From Callorhinchus milii (Eukaryota): DNA of 64,000 bases. Both the position numbers and the translations under genes were made by a program. Below the pieces are notes generated by a model. It was given only the letters and a program-made list of their open reading frames with translations. It made no database searches and was not told the DNA's origin. The DNA is taken from assembly GCF_018977255.1 (NCBI RefSeq), contig NW_024704764.1, forward strand, positions 6,696,001-6,760,000. The letters are read 5' to 3'. Each line of letters begins with the position of its first letter. The first letter of the stretch is position 1. Shown here piece by piece: positions 1-11,970 of this stretch.

Positions 1-1884
1 TTCTTCCAGCTCTGTTTGTTCTGTTGCTCACTCGCTCCTCACTCCCTCAGCCCTACCATTGGGAAGCTCTCCTTGCTTATACAGACCTTTCGCAAACTGC
101 CGTTTGGTGATTTATTATTTTTTTTAAGGTATTTTTACCCCCGGAAAAGCAATCTACCAATCCACTAACAATCGGGTTCCTACTTACTGCCAGGTAAACA
201 GAGGCGTGTGCAGTGAGGAAACTTGCCCAAGGTTTCGCCCTGCCCGGGAATCGAACCCAGGTCTCTCGCTTGCGAGGCGAGTGCTCTAACCACTGAGATA
301 CAGGACTCCATTGTTGGACACTCGCACAGATTGTCTCTATGAACGAGTCATTTATTGTGTGTCACAGGAATCATGTTGTGTTGTGGCAATCACATCTCAA
401 GGTGAACTTCATCAGATGAGATGTTAAACCCGTCTGTTTTCCTGTTCAAATGGACCCGAACAGATTTTGTGGTAAGAGAAGTCTCTCTCTCCCAGTGTCC
501 TGGCGGACAATCCTCCAAGTAAATTCGGTCATTCACTCTATGACTGTTTGTGAGACATTGCTGTGTGCAACTTGGCTGCTGCATTTGACTGCAGAATACA
601 CGGTCACTACACTTCACAGCAAATCATGTGAAATTGTGCTGTATCAAATGCAAGTATTATTATTATTATTTAAAAAAAATACCCATCCTGAATTTGCAGT
701 AGACAGCTGCTGTACTTCTAAAGCAAGATTGCCAGACAGCAGTGACAGTAAAGGTTATTTTAACTGTAAACAGAGCCGTATAATGTTGTTGTGCCACCAA
801 GGCTGAAAGACGTAGTGAAGAGGCAGAAATAAGTGAACGATTGATTAAGTGACACCGAGCTTGGTGGCTATAAATTGATGGCAGGAAGGGGAGGCTAGAT
901 GCCGGCTGGAAACGCAGAGTGAAAGGACACAGTCATTGTCGTCTCATTTGAGAATCTCTAAACAGATTTGAGAAGAATTCTGTCGTTTTCAAATTTGGAA
1001 ACATCACATAATTGGCGAAGAATAAAATATATTAATACATGTTCAATGATTTTAGAAATTCCTTGTGAGAATTGCCACAGACTAGTCCTGGTTTTCTTTC
1101 GATTGTCATTTTATGTAGAGGACAAAAAAAAGCCCAGTTGCTCTGACTGTACAATAATAAAATATTAAATCCATTATTGTGCCATTACCAATAGAAAATC
1201 CAGACTATAGTGTCTATTACTATTATTAATAATAATATTATTATTAGAGAAAGGAGTTTCTTTCCCCAGTGTCCTGCTCAACAATCTCCCAGATAAAACT
1301 GGTCACTTGCTTCATGACTAGGGGATAACACTGCGTGCAAACTGGCTGCTGCTGTAACCCACAAAATACAGTCACTACACTTTACAGAAAATTCTGTGCA
1401 GCGTATTGGGACCTCCTTCTGACGTGAAAGTCTGTATCAATTGTGATTGTGCTCAGAGACTCTGCCCAGCGGGAAGAGCGCTATATAAATGCGAGTTGTT
1501 GCTGTTGTTATTGTTGTTGCTATTATATATACGCGCGTAAAAAAATAATACATGGAAACCTTGCAAATCCAAAACTTTTGACATTACTTCAATATTGCAC
1601 AATATTCTGGTCCAAGCCTCATCCTATTCCACCCAATTTGAGCAATTATTCCAGTATATATAGAAAGCCTATGAATTTGATTACTCCTACCCTCCAATTT
1701 GTCAATTTGCCTTCCTTTTTTCTGCCTCTTCACTACGTCTGAATACTTCAGAATACTTTATTCCACATAAATGCCTTTGAGACATCTGTGCACAGAGTTA
1801 CATTTGCTGCAAGAGCGAGTTCTAAATACATGTTACGATCCCTGCTTGTACAGTCTGGAGCACCAAACCAACTCTGTCTGCCTG

Positions 1885-2258
1885 ATAATAATGATAATAA
1901 TCCTCGCATTTAATAAAGCGCCTTATCACATCTTCGAGACGTCTCAAAGTGCTTCACAGAATATAATGTAAAGTGAATTGACTGTATATTTTGCGGGCGA
2001 ATTGCAGCAGCCAATTGCACACAGCAGCGTCCCATAAACAGTCGTGGATTGAATGATCAAATTAGTATTTTATTATTTTTTCTGGAGGGATGATTACCGC
2101 CGGAATATTGATTCGCCAATCGACTCACAACCGGGTTCCTATGTATAGCGAGGTGAACAGAGGCGCGTGGAGTAAGGAAACTTGCCCAACATTTCGCCCG
2201 GCCCGGGAATCGAACCCGGGTCCTCTCGGTTGTGAGGCGAGCGCTCTCACCACTGAGG
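1885..2258 (-). mobile_element. tRNA-derived SINE (long-body subfamily)
   Basis: Homologous to 18200-18573. Further copies lie at about 95-310 (-), 28535-28729 (-), 54895-55195 (+) and 55610-55865 (-). Confidence 0.85.
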
Positions 2259-3474
2259 ATCAGTGAGCTCCTGTCGACGGCTGAGATCCACTGATAGACC
2301 TTCAGGCAGACCCGGTTACATTAAATCACATTATTTCTCACACTGATACAGAAATGTTATTCTCCAGTTCCAGCGTTCTACATTGTTACAATTAATAATT
2401 TATCTATTTTCATACAAGGAAAAGCAGCCGCTCACTGTATGAAATCGAAGCATCCAGACTGTTTGGTTTAACCCTTATTAATAAATAAAAGCAACGTTAA
2501 TTATTTGCAGCGATTTCACATCAATTTTTGCTGCAGCGTTAAATTCACAAGTTTAGCTTTTCCTTTCTCCGTTCTCAGTTGCTGCTAATGCCGTGTAGGT
2601 CTGCAGACAGAAAAGGACATTCTGGCAGGAAAACTGCCTCCAGGCCTCTGTTTATCTCAGAGGGCGAGTGTCGTTCTCTGAGAACTTCCTTCCTACCCCC
2701 ATCCTCACCCCTCTCTCCCTGCCCTTCACCCCTCCTGATGCCAACCTGCCAGCTCGGGTGCACATCCTTGACTGCCCAGCGCTTTGGGACGTCCTCGCTA
2801 TGTGAAAGGCGCTATATAAGTAATAATATAATAATCATTTCATTTGGTATAGCACCTTATCACTGTAAAGCGAATCGACTGTATATTTTGTAGGCGAAAC
2901 GCAAACAGCAGCGTCTCCACAAACAGTCGTGGATTGAACGACCAGTTTATTTATTTTTTTGGAGGGATTATTGCCCCGTTTGACCACAAGTACACAATTG
3001 CCACACTTGCTGGTGACTGCTGTGAAGCGCTTTGAGGCATTTATATAATACATTTATGTAACATTTCAGACGTTATATGGTATTCTTTATGATTTCTTCT
3101 CAAAGGAACAGGATAGGAGGCAGCAAATTAGGGAACAGGATTCGGGAACCTGGTTCAGGAAACTGGGCTACCGAGACCGTCACAGAGGGTTGACTCAAAT
3201 CCAATATTCCGTGGCCAAGCAGGTCACCTTGGAGCCCACCATCCGACGAGGCCACCATGTTTGAGGCCTCACTTGGAGAGACTGGAAGAATTCCCAATAT
3301 GTTCTATCCCCTCACCCACGGGTTCAAATACTGTTTCAGTGTTGCAATGTTTGAAAGGCTAAGAATCTCAAACAATCATAAAAGCTGGGTGGGTGGTGGG
3401 GGGACATCATTAAAATTAAAGAGCTCAATAACCCCAACAAAGCTCAGGCACAGTGGTACAGAACATCATCCTAC

Positions 3475-6400
3475 CTGAGTTTCTGTAGGCTTTCCTTCCT
3501 CACTGAAATGCCTTTCAATGTACTGTGACGAGAGCAAATTGCTGATGAGAAAAAGACAAGGTACGTGTTACATTATGGCACAGAAACCGGCTATTCGGTC
3601 CAACTTGTCCGTGCCGATGTTTATGCTCCCGCACGAGCCTCCACCCCCTCCTGTACACTCCCCTATTCTCTTCTCCCTCATGTGGGCATCAATTTGTCTC
3701 TGACAAAATTTCCTCAACACTTGAGAAAACAGAAACGAACGCTGCCGATATAAATGGGAAGGTACAAAATACGCAGTTAATTCACTTCACAATGTATCCG
3801 GTGAAGCGCTTTGAGACGTCTCGACGACGTGATAAGGCACCGAATCAAATGCAGGGATTATTATTATTACTACAATAAGGTACTTAAACGATATTGCTTG
3901 TTGGCTTCTTGAACTCAGAGGCGATCCAACCTTTTGGCTGCTGAGAGTAAGATGAAATCATCCCCAGGTCGCATACCACCCACGGACCACTAGTTGAACC
4001 ATCCTGACGTAAGCCGTTACATTGACGAGGCAGTGAGCGTGATGTAACCTCTTCAGGAAGCGAGCAACTGATTTATCAATTCCACCCAGACCGTGAAGGC
4101 CAAACCCGGTAAATAAAAGGCAGTTGCTACTGTAGACTCAGCTGACCATCCCCTTCAATAAAACTCTTCTTCCTTGTTTCTTTAAGAGGACTGACAGACC
4201 TCTCAGCCGAGGTTCAACCTCAGAGGTTCAATCGATACGTAAAAGCCATCTTAAAACCTCCACGGATTGTACAAAGTCTACAACTTCAACAACAACTTAC
4301 ATTTATATAGCGCCCTCTACGCAGGGCAGTGTCCCAGAGCGCTTAACAGTGGCGGAGCCTGACTCCAAGCCGAGGGCGGGGGGGGTGGGGGGGAAGAGGG
4401 AAGGAGGTGACCGAAGGCACGGTCGAAAAGGACGTTTTCAGGTGGGACTTGAAAAAGGGGTTAAGAGGAAAGAGGGGGCAAGACAGAGGGATTGAGGGAG
4501 AGTGTTCCAGAGATGTGTGACCTAGTTGAGAGGCAATCTACAGACGTTACAGCTTTATGATTTACAGACTGTACAGACTTCAACAAATTACGCAGGGATT
4601 CAACCTTCATTATCAAAGCTCTCAAATTACAGAAGAATTCTACTTTTGTTACCAATGTTCTCAAACTGAGAGGCTTCCTTGCCTGGTGCCTATGAACTTT
4701 AATATCGTCACCAAGGCAATGTACTCTTAAATTGAGCATAATACTTCCTATTGTATTAATGTGAAAATATATATACGTCTGACTCAGTAAGCATGATAGT
4801 GCCTATTAGCCACGATCAGTTTCCGACTGACTAACAACTGAGTTGTCAAACATGGAATACTAATGGTTTCGGGAACACAAGAATCTGGTCACCTCTCATC
4901 TCTGCTGTGTGCAACAATTTCCTCCATCCTGATTTCTCACACTAAGCCACAGACAACTCTCTAACAGGCACTCAAAACAGAGATCGCTGGGAACACTCAT
5001 GCTGCATCTATGGAGAAAGAAAAGTGGATCCATGACTCTTTGTCAAAAACTAGGGTTAGGGTTAGAGTTTTGACGAGGGTTGTGGACCCGAAACGTTGAC
5101 TCACTTTCAGATTTAAAATAGTATCTAAAAGAAGCCGAGGAGAGGTGAGAAGAAATTTTTTCACGCAGCGAGTTGTTCGAATCTGGAACACATTGGCTGA
5201 AAGGGCGGTCGAGGCCGATTCGATAACTACTTTTAAAAACACGGTGGACTGGTATTTGAGGAGGACGGGTTTGCAGGTTTATGGGGAAAGGGCTGGGGAG
5301 TGGGATTGACATTACAATCCTCTTTTCAAAGAGCCGGCACAGTCTCGATGGGCCGAATGGCCTCTTTTTGTGCTGTACGATTCTATGATTCCCTTTCCAG
5401 CAAAATATGCAGTATTTTGCGTTTTCTCTAATAGGCAAGTCTGCTTCCACAGCAGTTTTGTTCAGCCTGACCTTTCCGTAGATAACACGGCTAAACACCT
5501 CAGCATGTTAGCAAAGATCTTTCCTTTATTTATTTCGAAATGTGTTCTATTTAAAGAATTCTCTTCTCTCCAGGCATACAATAAAGAAGAGTGTAATATC
5601 TTGTTGGTAAGAGTAAGGGGCATAAATAATTGAGAGAGGGAGCTTCCAGTTATAATGGTACATTTTGCAATCGAAGAAATGTAAGTGTATTTGGATTGGG
5701 ACACATCCAATAGGAAATAGAAAATCACAAGATCACAACAGCAGTTTGGATGAAGAATAATGATCGGCCCATTTGATCTCATCCTCCCAGAATAGTCATC
5801 CATCCAACCAACCGTCCATCACAGCACTTAAGATGTTGGCCTGGCTCAGTTGCTCGCACTCTCGCCTCTGAGTCAGAAAGCTGTGGATTAAAGCCCCACG
5901 TTAGGACCTCACACTCACAGTTCCAGGCTGACACTCCACTGCAGCACTGAGGATGTATTGACCTTACAATGGGGGGGAAGGGGGGGTGTCTGTGAATCCA
6001 GCTCATTAATGTATACAAGGACCAAGAGGGGTCCCAGTCAGAAGAACCCTAAGCCCATTAATACCTCTCCCCAGTTTGACCTTAGCTCCCCTTATACAAA
6101 ACAACACAATACAATTCAGAGCACCTGTCACATTGGGAGGAAGTCTCAAAGCCCTTGTAGACAGACAGGGCACAATAATTTATCACCGGCTCCAGAGGGA
6201 TCCAAATTAGAACGCGTTGGTGATAATCTGTTTCAGATGCTTCATCGAGTTTGAGCTGCTCTCGTTTAACACTCGACTGAAGGAGAAAGCAAAGGATGCA
6301 CTAACTATGCATTAACGCAAGGCTGCAGACAACCTTGCATTGTCTCATTCGAGTGGTCTTAGCACAAGTGAGTAAATACAAATAACCCGAATTATAACCG

Positions 6401-9400
6401 AATGTCAATATATTTGCACTGATTTGGAGGATTGTGTCCACCTGCCTGTTGAGGTCAGTGGCATTATAACTCGATCCAAACCAAGGGTGCGTTCATAAGC
6501 TTCTTTACTTATTAATCCAAACGCTCAAAAAACCCACTGCTCTAAACGACACACACCTTGTCTCACTCCCAGTGTCCATGTGGAGTCCTGTAGCTCAGTG
6601 GTCAAGCGAGAGACCTGAGTTCAATTCCAGGCAGAGGGCGAAACCTTGGGCAAGTTTCCTTACTCCACATGACTAATAATAATCCCTCCAAAACCAAAAA
6701 TAATAAAATTGGTCATTTTCAATCTATGACTGTTTGTGGGACATTGTGTGCGCAATTGGCTGCCGCGCTCGACCACAAATATACAGTCAATTCACTTTAC
6801 AATATGTTCTGTGAAGCGCTTTGGGACTTCCTCCCGACGTGAAAAGTGCTATATCAAATGCAAGGATTATTATTATTATTTGTACTTCCTGCAATTCTTC
6901 TTCTTATTGACCCTTCTGTTCATTGTCAATTTACTCTTGAAGGAGTATTCCAACAGTGACAAACACCAGCAACCACAAGTTACATTTACACGGCGCCTTT
7001 CACGTCAGGAGCACGTCCCAAGGCGCTGGACAGTCAGAGATCTGCACCCGAGCTAGTAGTTGGAATCAAGAGGGGTGGACGGCGGGGAGGAGAGGGGGTA
7101 GGAGGGCGATCAGTGGCACGGTCGAAGAGGAGGGTCTTGAGATGGGTCTTGAAGGAGGCAAGGAAGCGAGCGAGGCGGAGGGACTGTGGGATGGAGTTCC
7201 AGAGGGTGGGGGCAGAGAGGCTGAAGGAACATCACTGGGGTGCTACAGCATGCAATTGACTGATGGTATCCGTGCTTCCGCCCGGATACAGTCACTTACT
7301 CCCAATTCTTTTGGGGAAATCAAGCTTCAGCACAAACAACATTTGCTTCGAAAAGAATAAATGCAGCTGCCAGCTCTGCAGCAGGTGCAGGGCATTTGTG
7401 GCTCCTTGGCTACAGACAGACCTGTCCCTTGAGCCATGTCACTGCAAACCTCCTTCATTTGCCTGGAAATCACCTGAAGCAAAACAATTAGCAGTTGCCG
7501 TGACTTTCACAGCCACAGGTCTCTGTGGCAGTGGGGCACCTGTGCAACCACCATCAGCGTTTGCAAATCACATTAACTTAACTGGTTCCCAACCTCCCTG
7601 TGGATCAATGCGAGGTTCAGGTACGTGAAGCAAATCCAGGAGGCTCCGTGGACAGAGCAGAAAGCGCTCCAGGGAAAGTTGAAAGAGGTTGTGTTTGCTG
7701 GCTTGTCTGAGCAGGGTGAGACAGCAACGAACAAGGAAAACAAGATACTATTTTGCATAAGTTGTGTGTTCGGCTGCTTCTGAAGTACTGTATCCATTTT
7801 TTAATTACTGCATCAAACCAGGGCCTCTATACATAACAACTACAACAACAAATTACATTTACACAGCGCCTTTCACGTCAGGAGGACGGACCAAGGCGCT
7901 GGACAGTCAGGGATTTGGACCCGAGCTGGGGGTTGGGATCAGGAGAGGTGTCACAGAGAAGAATAATAAGACTGATCTCCGACCTAAGCTATGAGAAACA
8001 ACCAGATAAACTAGGGCTCTTCTACCTAGAAAAAGGTTCATAGGATTGAGAAAGTAAGCTCACAACACTACGCTTAGATATAATACAAGAGGACATAGGT
8101 TCAGTGATGTGAAGGATTCTCATCTCACATTCACCTTCTCTTCCACTGATACAATAGCTAATACTTAGGTGAGACACTTTTGAAATAGTTCATGATTAAT
8201 GCCGTATCTTAGTTTAAACTGGACTTGCAATGAATTTGAGGATGTCCTTTGAGAATCTACCTTGAGAAGGAATGCTAATCACTAGCTGTTATGTCGAACC
8301 TTCCTCAGAAAATGTAGAGTGACATTAATACCATAAAAAGTACCATTACTGTCAGCTGCCTCTATTAGATCCCCTTTCAACCTTCGATCCTATCCAAAGA
8401 GGTCAGCTTTCTGTTTAAGAGAGCTATCGGATGATCCAATTGACTCAATAAATCTAATGTTTTAAGTGCTCGGAGCTACTCTCTAGCTAACAGGGAATTG
8501 AATAAATAAAACATTCTGGTCAGTAACATTCCTTTCGACCGCTCGGTGAAATCCCATTTAAATCCTTCTGCAATAATGATGTTTGCAACGTCAATTAACA
8601 AGAGGGTTTTGTAGCATTATTAGAGATTAACGGCAGCCAAGTTCTTGCTAATTGATCACATCATGTCATTAGCTTTTTAAAATAACTATTCCATGATTGA
8701 AACGTTGTCAGCCATGGTTCTGAATATGCTTCTTTTTCAATAATTCGTTGATATTGATTACACATTTCCGTCTTGTGGAATAAAAAGGAAAGGTAAATTC
8801 AACAACAAGTTGCGTTTACACAGCGCCCTCCACACGGGATAATGTCTCGTAGCGCTTAACTATTGGTGAGTTCGACACTGAGACAGGGAGATAGAGGAGG
8901 TGACGGGGCATCGTCTTAATTAATGCATGAACATGGAAACTTTGTGAATTGGATTATCTGGAGAGGCAGTGGAGACAGATTGTATCAGCAAATGCCCCTC
9001 GTCTGTGCTGTAAATTTCCATGGTTCTAAATTCCAATGGGGTTGGACAGCTATTTGGTGAAAAAATTGATTGAGGGGTTTGAGAGCCAGCAGGGACAGAT
9101 TGGGCCAAGTGGCCTCCTTCTGTAAAGTTCTATAAAAATAGTGCAGTATGAGCTTACTTTATTGGGGATGAATTGTATGGGACGCAGTGGGCTTTTACTG
9201 TCCTCTGTACAGAACCTCCTTCCACAGCCTTGAACAGAATGCTTTTCCAATGTTTCTCTTTAAATAACATCAAGAAAAAGGTGTCAGTGCCCTCTCTGTG
9301 CACGTGGGCGGAATTTGGATGATTGGCATTTTTCGGGCCAATTTAAGAAAGTGCCGACAAAGAGGATGTTTAAATTCTTCCTCTTCGACCGTGCTCACGG

Positions 9401-11970
9401 TCACCTCCTTCCTCCCCCCCCCACCACTCCATGGCTTGGCGCGAGCTCCGCCACTGTTGAGCACCTCTGAGAAGCTGCCCTGCATGAAGGGCACTACATG
9501 AATGCAAATTGTTGCTGTAAACCAGGCTTCTTAATGCACTTCACTGTGCTGCCAGCAGTCAGTCCGATGCTCCAGAACCTGGGCTTGTGAATTAAGTGTT
9601 CAGTTCACAGCACTGACAAAACACACCTTCTCTCTCTCTCGCTCAGCACTCAGCTGCTGGAGCTTATGTGATATCATATTGTCTCAGTGGCTACTGATGG
9701 AGCCTGTCCACACCGCACGCCTTCAGCTTACAATGTAAGACCTGTCCTGAAATTTCCAGGGCTCTTCCATTTCACAGACCAACGTCAAACAACTCTATGA
9801 CCCTGCAACACAAATATCCAACTACGTCTGCCCTTGATAGAATACGACAAGGATGGCTCAACCCTTGCAAAACCACTTGACTTGGAGAATGATATCTTAG
9901 GTAATTAATAACCACAGAATAACATTATTGCCAGAATAAAACTTAACATTTGGCAAAATAACGACATTCATGTATATACAGTACACGAGGAAATGTACAC
10001 TCATTCTATGCACTGACTTTTGTGGATAAACTGATGTTTTTACCCAAACAATATTTTTACAATATAAGGCACTATATCAAATGCAAGGATTATTATTATC
10101 ATTATTATTAAGATACTTACTGGTTTAAGTCTAAGTCCAAAATGAAGGATGAGTCGAAAGCTTCTATCAGAAAGCTAGCTTGTGCAAGATGAATAAACTG
10201 TAAAATAAAATGAACAGTATTATTAAATGGTCTTTGCAGTCCTCTCAATACACGACAAGCTGGTCCTTTTGAGGTTATAACTAAGAGGTGAATTGCTTGA
10301 TCCAAGGTGAAGAAATACGATTAATTCAGTTGCAAATGCTGGCTTTTTGGATTATCCTTGACAAGTGTGAAATGGAACTACTGTGTACATTTACAATGAC
10401 TGGAACTGTGAATGCACAATGCAAGGTTCAACCGCGCCTTTGGTCACCCTTCTACCCTTACCCTCCCTGCCCTCCACCCCTCCAGATCCCAGCCCCCAAC
10501 TCGGGTCCAAACCCCTGACTGCCCAGCGCCTTGGGACGTCCTCCCACCGTCCCACCCTCCCTCCTGAAAGGCAAAATATAATTTGTTGTTGTTGCAAATA
10601 GCAAATAACAATGTTTGAAACACTAATTTAATTAATTCGTGTAACGAAAGATCAAACTACAAGGAACCTAGGGGAAAGAATTCTCAGGCTTTGCTCTCAG
10701 TATTGTGCTAGCGACATGCGGTTTATTGTTGCATATTTGAGCATCAAAAGGTTTCCTAGTACCTCAGAAAGGGAGCATCCTTTGCCCACACAAGATCTCT
10801 GATTCATTTGACACCAAAGACATTTTTACCTTGTATATTTTGCCGGGGATGATTGCTCACATTAACAGCCAATGTCCTCCATTTGGGAACACACACACAA
10901 CCTTAAAAACAGTTTCCTGCAATCTATCAATACTTTAATATGTGGGACACTGCCATGCGCAACTGGCTGCCACGTTTCGCCCACAAAATAGGCAATCAAT
11001 TCGCTTTATACTATATCCTGTGAAGTGCTTTGAGATGTCTCTCAACTCTGTGATAAGGCGCTATATCAAATGCAAGGATTGTTATTATTTTATTATATTT
11101 TAAAAGGCATTTTCTTGTGTGTGGGCGTGGGAGCGGTGTGGGGGGGGGGGGTGGGGGATGGAAGTGGGGGAAGACAAACAACAGAAATACAAGGATGATC
11201 ATCTTAAAGGCTTACATGAGCACGGTTCGTGTTGTTTTTGACTCTGGTGTTAAGCAAGTCGTGTGTGATTTCGTTTTCTGAATGGATGCTGTGGATCAAT
11301 CTCTGGGGCTGAGTAACCTCTTGTAGGACTGATCTGCCTCTGCAATGTTCATTCCACCTCTTCCCAGCCTGGGTCTCTNNNNNNNNNNNNNNNNNNNNNN
11401 NNNNNNNNNNNNNNNNNNNNNNNNNNNNNNNNNNNNNNNNNNNNNNNNNNNNNNNNNNNNNNNNNNNNNNNNNNNNNNNNNNNNNNNNNNNNNNNNNNNN
11501 NNNNNNNNNNNNNNNNNNNNNNNNATCAAACGTTTAGTGTAAAATAGAAGGAAGGTATCTGACTCTGCATTGATCAGGAATCTTCACTGATAACCATTAA
11601 TAACTGTGAGACAACATTGCAAGGGCGACAGGTTCTTGCTGGGAGTGCCCTGGTACAGGCAACACTGCAGAATTTTCTGTTGATGCAGCAATGGGCTAAA
11701 AATAATGGACGAATTGCAAATTTCACCCACGCACAGGACACAGAGAGACAGATTCACCCCCCAGTGAGCTAAACTTTATTCAAATGGAGGGAGGGAGGAG
11801 AGGGAGGGATGAAAAAAAAAGGATGATTCGACAGTAATTACAAAAAGCGCCAATTTTTAAAAGTGACAGAGAGAGAGAGAGAGAGAGAAAATAAAGGTAT
11901 TCATTGCCTTACCTGTAGGGTAAGTGATACAGAATAATGCACAGAAAATCCAAGATTGCATTGGAGTCAT
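3475..11970 (-). CDS. ADAM11: Disintegrin and metalloproteinase domain-containing protein 11-like, 5' part only (exons 1-4: signal peptide and start of prodomain); the gene continues beyond the left edge
   Basis: Exon 1 is 11913-11970 (MTPMQSWIFCALFCITYPT-G|gtaag, signal-peptide-like). Exon 2 is 11216 to at least 11378 (...LQEVTQPQRLIHSIHSENEITHDLLNTRVKNNTNRAH|gtaag; its 5' end lies in the N-gap). Exon 3 is 10121-10197 (77 nt, FIHLAQASFLIEAFDSSFILDLDLNH). Exon 4 is 3475-3541 (67 nt, NLLSSQYIERHFSEEGKPTETQ). Visible splice sites are GT-AG and phases agree. The motifs match the ADAM11/22/23 prodomain; ADAM11 is preferred because the gene neighbours DBF4B. Confidence 0.85.
4975..5108. mobile_element. 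Short palindromic non-autonomous element with a hammerhead-like core and (TTAGGG)n loop, putatively Penelope-associated
   Basis: Arms GGATCCATGACTCTTTGTCAAAAACT and AGTTTTGACGAGGGTTGTGGACCC flank TAGGGTTAGGGTTAG. The right arm reads TGACGA-GGGT-tgtgg-ACCC-GAAAC. Confidence 0.55.
5105..5392 (+). mobile_element. CR1 LINE 3' fragment
   Basis: Encodes RRNFFTQRVVRIW (CR1 ORF2 C-terminus), followed by GATGGGCCGAATGGCCTC and an (ATTCTATG)-type tail. Confidence 0.8.
6580..6880 (+). mobile_element. tRNA-derived SINE (short-body subfamily)
   Basis: Homologous to 30818-31130. Another copy lies at about 58640-58885 (+), and tail-only fragments are scattered across the window (e.g. 53000-53110, 63190-63370). 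Confidence 0.85.
11379..11524. other. Assembly gap hiding the 5' end of ADAM11 exon 2
   Basis: Run of N directly adjoining an open reading frame. Confidence 0.95.

Noticed and set aside
1-3400. Searched for ADAM11 exon 5 (HCYYQG motif)
   Set aside because: Not found by eye; it probably lies beyond the left edge of the window.
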